Shown here piece by piece: positions 46,865 through 60,300 of a DNA stretch of 64,000 nt; within the stretch, counting starts at the first letter, position 1, and each line of letters starts with the position of its first letter. The translations under genes and the position numbers were made by a program. The notes below the pieces were generated by a model, which saw only the letters and a program-made list of their open reading frames with translations, was not told the DNA's origin and ran no database searches. Location: contig OZ193910.1 in NCBI GenBank assembly GCA_964276515.1, forward strand, positions 1,054,001 through 1,118,000. The letters run 5' to 3'. This DNA is from Gordius albopunctatus (Eukaryota).

Positions 46865-49800
46865 GAGGTATTTGTATTTTTTCACTTTCTTTCTCTCAGT
46901 AGAAGAGATGAGGTCGGAAGAGGCGTTAGATTTGTCAAATATATCCCCTGTAGTGAAGTCCCAGCAGGCGTTTAGGCCACGAGCCCACGGGATGATTATT
47001 ACACCGTCGGGTCTTTTACCGTCAATGGAGCTTAGGCCAGTGGGTTCCATTGAGTTGGGAAAGCCGGCTTTCTTTAAAAATTATCCGAGTATTTTATTTA
47101 TTGTGGCATGACTAGGATGCCGCCCCTTGCTGTATTGGCAGTGTAGAGGATGAGGGCCTTTTGCTAGAACGGGTTGGCGACAGAGGTCGGAGTTGAATGG
47201 GGACACAATGTCGCAGCCGAGGCGTAGGCCTAGAGCTATTTGAAGTTCCTCGCCCGACAAGTGTAACCCTAGGCTTTGGCTTGGTTCAAGCCATTGAAGT
47301 GGAGATTTCCCAAAGATAGGTTGTTCGAAGTGAGGTAAGCTACGGAACGTGCTATCAGTGGTAAATCCCATTCCTTTTGGGTAGTGTTGTAAATGAAAGG
47401 CTTTTTTTGGTGAACTTTGAACGTGAACGCTTTCCTTTTTTTGATGAACGCGTTCGAATTTAATGTTCGTTCAATTTTAAAAACCCCTTTTTATTTTTAT
47501 TTATTTGAAAATTAATGTTAATCCGAATTTTTAACAAAAAAGTCTTATATTTTTTTATCATCTGTTTTTCTGCTTCCTATTACCAATTCCGAAATACTTT
47601 AAACATACCATAACGTGCAAAAGAAGATAAGATTAAAGTTAATTAGTTTGATATTATTAATTATAGTTTAATTTATAGGTTAATATGGACAATCATAATA
47701 TTATATCGTCGTCATCTTCAGATTCTGAATATTCAAAATCAGAAGATGAATTGTCATTGCCATGGCCAAAATATGAAAAATATTTTTCACTCGTTTTATA
47801 TAAAGGATCGAATTCAATAATTAAAATGAACGTATAAAGAATAAACTTTTAGTGTTATTGAAAAAAGGGATTGAAACCCCTAGAATTGATAATGAAAGAG
47901 CTGTCAATTCCGAGATATCATTTTTTGGCGAGGAAGTAGAGGGCGCATTGGAGGATGATATCTTGTCGCAATTTTTTGAAGCGAGGGACAAAACATTAAA
48001 TGTTTTTAACAAATTTCCTCCTTTAAAAAATTTGTTTATTAAGTATAATACTCCGATCCTCTCATCTGAACCTGTGGAGCGAGTTTTTAGTATAGCTAAT
48101 TCTGTATTAACTGCCAAGCGTTCCTGCTTATCAGGCGACAATTTTGAAAAGCAATTATTATTAAAAATCAATAAGAAATTTTTTTTATAAATAAATAATC
48201 TTTATATTTGCTCTATTAGATTATATTGATTTATAATTATATTGTCGAAATAAAACTTTTATTTTTTATCATGGCTATTTATTTTATTGAAAAATATAAG
48301 AAATTTATGTATATTAAATTAAATTTTAAAAAAATTTATCATAAAATTTTTAACGAACGTGAACGCGTGCGTTCGATTTTTTTAAAATGTTTACAGCACT
48401 ACTTTTGAGTGGTTCGAGTTGGGTGAGTTGCGGAATCAAGTTTGAGGTAATCCCATGTCAGAAGGCCATTGTCGAGGTGCGGGTCTTGTGTGTGAGTAAT
48501 TTGTTTGACTAACTCATCCGTCGATAAACGGGATGAGATGAAACCTGCGAGTGAAAGTAAATGGGGGGGGGTTTGATTGTTTTTAGTGTTTCGATCTCGT
48601 TCTCGGTCCTGAAAGCAAAATTTCGTCTCGTCTCAAGTGCGATCATGAGAATCTCGTCTCAGCCTAAAAAATCTCCCGTGTCGACTTTAAAAAAATATTA
48701 TGCTGAATATAAATATTTTTTGATGTTATAAAATTATTAAATAAGTGATAAACTATTTATTTTAAGTGCAATATGAAAATAAGACTATAAATAAGGCTAA
48801 AGTATAGAATATAATTTTTTTTAGTTTTTGCGAACTATAACATCTATATCAACTTTACTGTCTCAAATATTAATACACAAAGTTTACCTATATTTATTTG
48901 ACTTGGCTATAATTAAGGCTAATTGGGACACTCTTTTAACACCGGGTATAGCCTAAAGCTTATAGTAAAAACCCTTTCAAAGTAAACGTTTTAGTCCATT
49001 CATATTATTACCATCATCAATTATAGCCCATATAGCCGCCACAAACGAGTGCCACGGCGTAGCCAGGATTTGCTAGAGGGGGGGGGGGTTTAAAATTTTT
49101 GAAGCCATATTTTTTTTGGAAGTAATTTTATTTTCGACATATATTATTGAAAGTAAAGTAAAAATACAACAAAAATAAAATATAACAAAATATTTAAAAA
49201 CTATAAACAATTAACATCGACGTTTTTTAGATAAAAATGCATTAATAATATCTTCTGTTTTGGGGGTATATTGTCTATGTACATTTAACAAGGTTAATCC
49301 AGTAAGCCTAAATTAAAAATTAGTAAAACCATTTAATTTACCTTTCTTGTCCCATTGTGTTCCTGAGGTAAGTTTTTAGTCTTTTTAAAGCTGAAAAACA
49401 TCTCTCATTAGAGCATGTTGTAACGGGGAGTGTGGCTAAAATATGATATAATGTTTTTATATTTGGATGTAATTTTAATTTGGACGCATGATTGGTTAAT
49501 GTTTCCAATGCAGCATTGGTAGGCAAATTCTCTAATTCACAGTCCTTGAACGACTGATACCACAATTTAATATCCGATTTGAATTGTTCTTGAGAGCCGT
49601 CAAGATCTTCTTCATAAAAATTTGCCAATTGAAGAAAGTTATTTAATATCTCTGTTGAGAGCATGACAGGGGACTTAATTAGAAGGGAATCAAATCCCAA
49701 CAGTATTTGCTTGTTTTTTTTAGAAACCTTTCATCAAGTTCCACCAAAACCGCATTTCAAAAGGAGTTATACAACGAAACTCTGTAATAAGTTTCTGGAC

Positions 49801-51339
49801 AAGATGTTTCAATGTTTGAACGAAGAGTTTGTCGTGAGGCTCTCCTAGGAATAGTAATTTTTAAATCATATATATCTCCTAGTGACGAGACATCATTGTA
49901 GATTGTTCTAAATTCTTCTTGGGAATTTTCCCGCAAATATTGAATCTGTATAAACGCATTTTCGGCTGCATTTATGGCCTGTGAAAGGTCTATATGAATC
50001 CTTTGCAAATAATTGCCAAGATTAATAGTGTAAGAGAAAATTTGATTTAGATATACAAAGACAGCCAAAAGTTGGATGTCCTTAATGATGAAAGCAAAAT
50101 CGCCGCATTGGACGATGATTCTTCATCGTCCCATTCACACATCTCCTCCAAGGTAGCAAATATCGCTTCCTTCGCTTCACAGAATCTTTGAACATAATTG
50201 TGCTTTTGTGTCCATCTAGTTTCACACAGTGATATTAATTTTGAGAATTTAGGGTTATCCGACAATGACAATACTTTAGAAGTGAAAAGATTAAATCTTT
50301 TGGGGGTTGATATAAAATCAGTGATTTTTTTTGACAAGACTATTTGTATCTTTCTCCTCAGAAATGCAAATGTTACTCTTTTTAGGGAAGTATGTATAAA
50401 TGGAATATCGCTTCATAATAAGGCGCGGAACTTAAATTTACAAATAAGATCAGTTTGGAAGCTTTTAATCAAAAATACAAATCCCGAAATTCAAAATTTA
50501 TTAACTTGTCGACTTAATTTTTTAACATATATATATATAAATATAAACGCAGCACTTGACACTAGCTAAATTAATTATAATCATGATTATCAATAATTTT
50601 GTGTTGTCAATAATTTTGTGTTGTGCTTTGAAAAAAATAATATCCAGGAGGAGGGGGGGGGGGGGTTCAAACCCGAAACCCCCCCCCCCTCCCCTACGCG
50701 CTTGAACGAGTGTGTACTTTTAATATTGGAATTTATAAAATTTATACCCAGCACACATGGACGTAGCCAGGGGGGGGGGCGAAACGATTAAAGGTTCAAT
50801 TAGGGGGCAGGGGCAAAACATTAATTTTTGTAATTTTTAAGGTTTTTTCCAAATTTTTCCCCGGTCATTCAAGAGGAGGGGGGCGCCTATGCCTGCACAT
50901 ATTGGAACGTTGTGGAACAACTAGTGCAATAAGAACATACGGTTAATTATTTTGTTATTAGTTGTACATACATATATTAATTTATACCAAAAAATCAATA
51001 TAATCAAAAGTAAACTCTGATATTCATGTTTAAGGCCCAGTTTTAAATTCCAAAAAATTTCCTCCCATTTCAAATTAACGTTGCCGTTAAATACTTATTT
51101 TTTAATACGGTATATATCGTATATTTAATTTGCAGAATTCCCATATAGAAATTACTGTTGAATGCACCTGCCAACTTTATTTTATAAACTTTAGAAGATA
51201 ATAACAACCCCTTTCAGGGGTGCCCGCAATTAAATTAAAAGAATACTCTAATTAGCGCCATCTATGGGCAATTTTAATTAGAGACTAATTTGAACTATGT
51301 ATATCATCCCTATCTTTTTTAGTATGTGACTCGAAAATG

Positions 51340-51394
51340 ATAACAACAGACATATAACGTTTTCGCTCTTATTAGAGCTCATCAGTATGCCATC
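51340..51394 (-). ncRNA. Hammerhead ribozyme-like motif, duplicated copy
   Basis: Same sequence as 26660-26714 at offset +24680. Copies truncated right after GAAA occur at 35351-35384 and 60030-60063. Confidence 0.65.
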
Positions 51395-54300
51395 ATAGTT
51401 AATTTTCTAGTCACATAGTAAGCGAGATAGGTGTTATATATAAGGCACAAAATAGATTTAAAAGTTCTTCTTTTTTAAATAATAATTTTGGAAAAAATAT
51501 TTTATTCAAGTCCAAATTTCATCTACTTCCCCATGATTTCTATTATCAATTGTAATTAATATTATATTGTTTGGAATGAAAAATGAAAGTTCTACCATAC
51601 AATTGTTTTTAAAAACTATATAGCTGATTTAGTTTTGTATAAAAAAAGCTTGACTGTATATAAAAAATGTTTATTAAATATAATATTTAAAAAATGAACT
51701 GAACTATGAACTAGTTTATTTTTTTTTAGCAGTATTATATCATTTTTTATTTTTGTAAAGAGAATTACATATTTTGTGAAGGTAAGATAAATAAATTTAA
51801 AAATTAAGAATCGTAGATATTGGGAAGACATTCGGTTATGGCTAATGAATTATATTTACAGATAGTTATGCCGATTTTCTGTCTTCAGCCGGGGCTCTGG
51901 AAATTTCAAAATACTCAGATATTAACAATACTACTATAATGTTTTGTCCCATTGCGATGACTACCCTAACAACCCTTGGCCCCCTAGCCTTACAACTTTT
52001 TAAAAAAATAAGGAAACAAATTTCATTGCTATTTCAAATGTAAATTGAATTCAACTTTTATAGCTAAGTAAGTATACTTTGTTAACAAAGTATCTATGAA
52101 TCATACAAATTCGTAGAAATAAAGTGAATATTTAAAGCGAATATATGATGAACTCGAGTTCATTTTAGGCAGGTTCCTTGTTTTGGCAAAACTTGTTATC
52201 TATGAATCATATAATTTAGTAAAAACAAATTAAACATTAATAAAGATTATATATGATGAACTCAAGTTCATTGTACCTAGGAACCTTGTTTTTCCCAAAA
52301 TTTGTTATTTATGTATTATATAAATTAATAGAAACAAATTAATGAATAGAGAATACAAAATGAACTCGGGTTCAATGTTGCAGTTAGCTTGTTATTGCAA
52401 AACATGGCTTTGATATTAATCGAATACCGAGAAATAGGGTAATTATAACATATATGTTCACTATCTTATAGCTCTTGGTCTTGTTATTGTTTTTCAAACA
52501 CGAAAACACGAAAACGCTCAACTTTATAAAATAAAATGTTATAAGATCGTTTTGCAAAGTACATCACGTACCTTTCGCCTTATTCAGTTTTAATACTAAC
52601 ACATTCATTAATAACCTTTCCTATTTTAGGTTCAGTTCTTTATAAATATCCTTCTTGTGTATATGATTACATATGAATAGCAATGAATTAAGCACATGAA
52701 TATATAAATTAATTAATAAAATTTATAAATTTGGGTAAAATGTAAAAATAGTGGCCGCCGGATACTTATCTAAGCGGATAAAGGGACTATGATGATAAAG
52801 GCAGCGATGGCTTAACTGGGGCGAGGGTCAATGTAGTTAGAGCCTTGCACGGTTCGCTCAAGGCCCGAAAAATAATCGGGCCTAATGGGCCAACCCGACT
52901 TGCGGTTTTAGCCCGGCCCAAACCAACTCGAATGAGGAACCAATGTAACTTTTATGCTTCAAAAAGTGTTCATAGAAAATTAAATTTTTAAATTTTATTT
53001 ACAAAAGAGGCTTGTCAAATAAGCTCACATAACGCATGTCTTTTCTGGATATATATGGTACAATAGGGTAATTTTCCGAACCTTGGTTCAATTTCCTTGT
53101 AATTTCCCTTTATTTTATTATAATAATATTTCAAATATTTCATTTTTAAAGAATGTTTCACTATATTTTGAAGCTATTTAATATTCAATTCATATTGGCG
53201 CTTAAATCATTTGTTTTTTTTTCGATTTCATAATCAGTAATTAAGTTAATTAGCTTATCATGTCTAATTAGAGCCCCAGCCCGACCCGGGTCAGGCCGCG
53301 TTCGGGCAGAATTTGATAAAATTCGGGTCTCGGGCTCGGAATAAGTATTTAAAACTGTAATAAATCTATTTAATTAATAATAAATATTCCTTTTTCATTA
53401 AGTTAATATTTATTTTCATAATATAAAATTTTTTTTTCACATCACAAACTCTCTTTCAGCTGACCCAAATTCTTTCATATATTTCCTATTGCTAGGTACC
53501 AATTATTTAGCCAAATAAGTACTAAGCCAAAGCAACGCTTGGCCGGGCACAGATAGTATTTTATAAAGTTAGATTTTAGTTTAAAATTATTAGATGAATA
53601 AATTTAGTGAAAATGGATTTCTTACAAGCTTATTCTTGTAAATTGAGATTAATAACATTCTAATGCATTTTATATTTGGATGGTGAAATAGATATCAAAA
53701 ATATAATTTTTTTAAAATTTTATTTGAAAATTCGGGTCGGGCTCGGGTCGGGCTCAAAAATAAAAAGTTTTTCGGGCTTGGGGGATTGGTGAAAAGGCAA
53801 TGACTAGATTGCAATCCTGCTTGGCGTCGCATGAAGGTAAGCGAGGGACCGCGACATTAAACTTGCATCCAAATCTATTTGGGCATAGAATTGTAGGATA
53901 TTAACTCCTAAATTGACATTGTCATTCCATAGTGACAAGGCTTGATTGATGAAATGATTGAGTGAGAAATGGATTGTTTAAAAGATAGGGAGGAAGAGAT
54001 AAAAGTGGCTAAGGAAATCGCAGTTGGTTGGAGACCACAAGATTTTGTAAGAAGAGTGGCTTGAAGCCAAGTATTTCTGCAAAAAGATCAACTGAAAAGC
54101 AATTCGAGCCTGGATTTAGAAAGCTTTGATAATTTTGTAAATATTTTAAATAAGAAAGCTTGCGGGGAATGGAGACAAAATAAAATTTTGCTTAAGTTGT
54201 AAGAATTTTTTATAATTGGAAGTAATGGTGAGAGGGCATATATTCAAAAATTTCTTATTTGGTTTTAAAAATGGAAAGTTTTTCGTCTAAAAAGTTTCTA

Positions 54301-57300
54301 AAATACTCGAGTGTCCCGATAGGTGCGCCTAAAACATACATGTCATCTTTTTTTAATTTGGGCAAAGTTAAAGAACTTTGAGTGAATAATATCCAAGTCA
54401 GTATAAATTTCACTTTTTGAGGGTTTAAAGATAAGTTTAAATTGGGATAATAATGAAATACATCTACGGCTTGAATCAGGTTTTCAGGAGTGCTGACAAG
54501 AGGGGCATCATTTAGTTCTACCCAACATTAAGGGTGAGTTTAAAAAGTTTTTTAATCTCATTAATTACGTTATTTATAGCCAAACATAATAAATGGGGGG
54601 GGGGCTATGGGGTCGCCATGTTGGATCCTCTTATTCAAGGAAGAATTCTCCGAATTTCAGCATCGAAGGGCGTCACTGACTTAAAATGATGTACTACTTG
54701 GTTTAATGCGGAAATAGCTTGAAAATCATTGATGAATGCTGTTCGAGGAATGCTATTAAAATAATTTTAAAAATCCAGTTTAGGAGTCAGCCAGAGTGGT
54801 GAGGTGTTGCAGGGCTAAGCGTGCGCCATGGGTAGCTATCTCGCACCCTCATAGGGCTTTAAAGCCTAGTTGATGCGGAATAAATGGCCGGGTGATGATA
54901 GCTTAGAATATGTTTTATACAAGGTCGCGGCGCTTTCATCAAATATTTACATTAGTTTATCCAGAAATGTTATCTCTCTCATTCGTCATGTATAGCTGCA
55001 TGTAAGGTATTATATTTTTTGTTAAAATGCACTCAACAACAAAACGTTATTAAAGAATCTGTTGAAAGCTCAATATATCGTCTTCAATTGTTTTATACTA
55101 TGTTATAATTGTTTTATGAATCCCACCGGAGAGTAGCACGTAAATGTTAGGCCAAAACATTTTTGTCACCTTATTCTTCAATTCCTTTATTTAGTGAATT
55201 GCCTCCTTTCGAAAATAGCTTAAGCGCTTTCCAAATATTTTACTTATCGAGGATATGTAGGTAAACTGATTTTGCTGCCATCTTCTATAAGCTAATCATT
55301 AGCAAGCACTACTAAGCTATTAATTAATATCCAATTTTTTTACGTATATTTATAACTAGGTTCAAGGAATAATCTATAATTTTAATGAATCGATGCAATG
55401 GCAATCAAAAACATACATAATATTTGTATTTGCTTCTAGCTTTGGATTAAAATTCTACGACCATGGGGGTAGGCAACTTTGGAATTATATAATTGGAGAA
55501 TGAACATTTCAATTGGATGGACAGCTTGTAACTGGGATGACAATTCCTAATATAGAAAAACGCGAATATGTATACCTACTAATAATTCATTAAGACTTAA
55601 ATTGGATGTCGGCCGCCTCGTATCAACTGACACATAACTTTAAAAATTAATTAGGGGAGACTGGGGCAAGTGGTAGCCCGGGGTTACTATTATATTTTTG
55701 CTTATTTTTTAAAATAATAATGATATTAAATCAAAATTTAAACTAAATGTGTATTTTTCCATAAGGTAAAAGTAAAAAAATTTTTGTTTCGAAAAAATAA
55801 AATTTAAAATTTTTATAGAACAAAAAACGCTTTTTCGGGGCTATTAGTAGCCTTGACAAATTTTTTTATTTTGGACATAAAATTTTAATTTAACTCTTAT
55901 CTTATATGTAAAGGGAGATTTTTTATATAAAAACCATCTAATGATTAAATTTTTATATGCAATATAACATCTTAATTTATTGATTGTTTATGAAAAGATG
56001 GGTCGGGGCTAGTCGGAGAGGTGGCTATTGCTAGCCATTTTTCATTGTGTCTTACAAATGACAAGATTTAAAAAACAAAAATCTTGTTTATAATTCAACT
56101 TACTGTAATTAGGAATATAAATATGATTATACTTTAAAAAAATGACTAAAACCTTTTTTACATAGCAGAAAATGTCTTTTAGATGTACTTAAGTCAGATT
56201 GTCATCTTGACCCTTTTTTATTTGTTTTATATAAAATACAGTCATATTACTTTTGCAGTTTCTACATTTTTTTTATAATGAAACAATCTTTTTATCGATT
56301 TGAGTTAGCCTTAGCATACACTACACTAATAAGAAGTGAAAACGTCAGAGTTAATCTATCGGCTATGACTAGCCCCGGGCATTTTTTAAATTTTTTGGAT
56401 TTTTGTTTTTTTTTTAAAACTTAATTTGTGAGAAATCTATTAATTATTTCCCTCCAAATTTCTTTCCTATAGTAAAAATAGACCTTAAAAATATATCCCA
56501 ACAAAAAAGTTGGAAAAATAATTTTTAGTTTTTTTTGAAACGCGTTTTAATTTTTTATGGCTAGAGTAGCCCCGGTCTCCCCTAACTGTTAGTAAATATT
56601 ATACATATTCTACCACCAAAATCGCTAACAATTCTTGTAAGTTGGATTTAAAATAACTAATAGTATATATATAAATATATCTAGGAAACTGTTTACTTTT
56701 TTAATTTCAATATATAAGAGCTTTACAACTCTTAATTTAAATATCAGGCTCAAAGTGTAGGTCTTTTCAGTCTAATATCACAACTTCATCTTTTGAAAAA
56801 GGCGTGGCAGGTCGAAAATTGGTAGGATAGCGGTTAAAAATTTAGAGATAAAATCCTTTAACCTTATTTAAAATAGCAATGATGACTTATAAATATAAAA
56901 TTTGACAAAGAACACAATTGATAACATTCTTTGCATTAAGTTGTGTGGACTTTACCCGTATTTAACTCTTTTAGAAAAATAAATTATACATTGAAAATGA
57001 ATAACAGCCCCCCCCCATATCCCTATTACTCAAAATAAAAATAGGTGATGGGAAACACAAACTAGCTACTTTCATTTTTATCACTTGTCTTTCCTGCAAC
57101 AACTTTGAGTTTCTATTATATGAGAAAATGTAAAAATTTTAGACATTTTTTAGTATGCCACATAAACGTTTGAAAAAATAACTAATTTTATCTTGACAAA
57201 ATACTAATGTTAGAGTTAACATAGTTATCATTTGATGAGGCAGAAGGACTAGTTTTTAGCAATTATATTACAAATTAATGTTTTTAAACGATGCCAAAAA

Positions 57301-60300
57301 TTAACATCTATTTCATCACTGTATCATCTCACTTTTAAAATGTTTGTATTATTCATCTGCTAGTTGTAGTTACATTATCGTTCAAACATTTTATTAAATC
57401 AATCTACGATGGAGTTATAGTAAACATAAGGAATCCTCTCCTCCTATCACAGCCTGCCAACAACTATATTTAGGTTGGGCCACGTTGTTTGTTTTCCTTT
57501 TCATTGAGCCAATGAGGAAAGGGCTATTATTACAAAATAACATTCATCCTAACTTCCTCAAATATTTTATAATATCATTAATTTAATTTATTCATAATGA
57601 AACAACTATATCACGTATTCATTGCGTTTCTAATATTTAGTATTGCTTTCGAAGGCTACAACTTTTGCTGTCCAGTATATAATGAAGTAAACCTTGTTCT
57701 ATACCTGTTCACATTAAGGAAAAATATATATTAATAATCATAACAATTTTATGTTTAAAATTCAAAGAATATTGTTTAGATCAATTGATAAATGTAATTT
57801 TAGGGTTCACCAAAAGTTTCTCTTGACTTAAACGGGACTATTGCTCTACCTGTAATGAATGCAACCTACGCACTATACATGATCGGAGGTGAGATGCCAT
57901 TCCTCAAAATTTTATATTTTTTTAATTTTATTTCATTCTCTCTTAATTAAGTTGCCTTTATATTTTAAGTTATTCCTCTCAAGATTTAGTTAGAATCCTA
58001 AGATTGAAGAATTTTAGTTTGCGTTTTTAATAAGATCAATGAAATGGTATTAGGCGATATATATCTAAATTGTTTTACCACAAGACCTAGCTACCGCTTA
58101 ATGGAATTTTCTGTTTAATGTGTTTAAATTTGAATCCTTTCGCTAAGAAATATTACTTTTTGTTAAATAATATAGTATAAGGCTTACTTACGCCTATATA
58201 TAATCAATACTATGATTGAAAAGTTGACATTTTTATGTAGAGTATGAGAACGATAAATTTGTTAGTTATGGTGTATTCTACAAGTCCGATAAAAATTCGA
58301 AATACGAAGCTCTAACAAGGAAGGATTTTAAATTTATACCAGGTAGCCATTGCAAATTTGTCATATTACACAAATAAAAAGCTACATATGGTTATAAAAA
58401 GATGACGTGTTAATAAATTAAATAATTATATAAATTAATTTTTTAACGTAGTGGAGAGAAGTTAGGAATTTTGTGTGCCTTAGATTCTTATTTGACTCTG
58501 TTTGTACAATAATGTTTAATGATTCGGTTAATCTTATATAAAAAATCTTCACAACGAATTTCTTGCATTTTATTTTTAAATAAATTTAATTGAGATAATA
58601 ACAACACATATATTATGTGTTATTAAAGGGAAAACATATTTGGCTATGCAATGGAAACTCACTAATCCTTTACAACAAGACTGGATCCCCACTTTCAAGT
58701 AAATAAGTTTTGATGTTATTGAACAACGTTTCAATTTAGCACATCTATATACGAAGGTCATGAACGGTTTGAAATGACGAAAAAAGGTCTGGGTGATAAT
58801 GGGTGGAATTCATTGCTTTGTGCTAAATTTTCAGTTAGCCATCAATGTCAATCATATAGACTTCATATTGGTTAATCAAACATAACAATATTTTTGAGTT
58901 GATATTATGTAACGTTGGAGTTGTGCTGAATAAACTTAATTACACCACATCATAGTATGTATGTATACTTCTTTCCCTTTCAAAAACTGATTTTTTGTTA
59001 AGAAGCTGCTTACCAAAAGTTATTATAATATTTAATTCCCCCTACCCAGCCAAATGATGATATTACTAACTTAAAGACATTTTATATTATCCATCGTCGT
59101 AGGTTAAACATTAAATTTGTACAAAATAAAAGATGACGCTAAATTTGATGGGCACAATTTTCGCAGACATTTTTCCATGTTACTCATCCTAATTTATAGA
59201 AAATCAAAGGCATTTTTATTTGCTATGCAATTTGGTTCTTTTTATCATTGATTTAAGGCAAAATGATCAAATACAGTAAAAATCTTCGGTACTTTACATA
59301 AACTACACTTTTACACAAAAAAGGTTTGCTAAGTATGCTGAGTGCAAAAATTAAATAGTTTAATATGCCATATTGTATACAATAAAACTTGAGTGGAGTT
59401 CAATATAAACCTCATTGATAACCGAATTCATAACAATGGCAGGCATCAAATGTCATGCTATTCTAATCTTAATAAACTTAAAATCTTAACAGTGCAACCT
59501 TAAACGTAGATATCCCCAATGATGTTCTAACCAGCATAGACAAATTTAGGATGTTACAACTTTATCATACACAATGCTTAGGTATATTCACCTAATTTAT
59601 ATAATTATTAATTATTAGATACGGTATTAAACTAAAGGAGTTCCCTTTTAACGTTTGTAATACTCTCTGGCTTAGGATATTTTGGCTATCTGTGTGTGAT
59701 TTAAAAAGTTCTGTTGTGAATTTCTTGATGGGAAATTTGTGCTTTCCATAGGGAGCCTGAGCTGAGAGCTGCATGTTTTGACAAAGTTGCAAACTTCCCA
59801 TATTTTAGAAATTACAAAAAATTAAGGTTTTTTCCACACGAGGAATCTAAAATAAGGATTCTGAAAAAGACATAATCTAATACAGATTTATTTCAATACA
59901 TATTTTTACCCTGAAAATCAATAACGTAATTTCTTTAACAATACTGAAATTGGAAAGCTTTCGTTTAAATACATAAAACTGTAATAGTTTAAAATATTTT
60001 TAGTATATTATAAAAAGAAGTGGTTTGTATTTCGCTCTTATTAGAGCTCATCAGTATGCCATCATAGTTAATTTTCTAGTCACATAGTAAGCGAGATAGG
60101 TGTTATATATAAGGCACAAAATAGATTTAAAAGTTCTTCTTTTTTAAATAATAATTTTGGAAAAAATATTTTATTCAAGTCCAAATTTCATCTACTTCCC
60201 CATGATTTCTATTATCAATTGTAATTAATATTATATTGTTTGGAATGAAAAATGAAAGTTCTACCATACAATTGTTTTTAAAAACTATATAGCTGATTTA

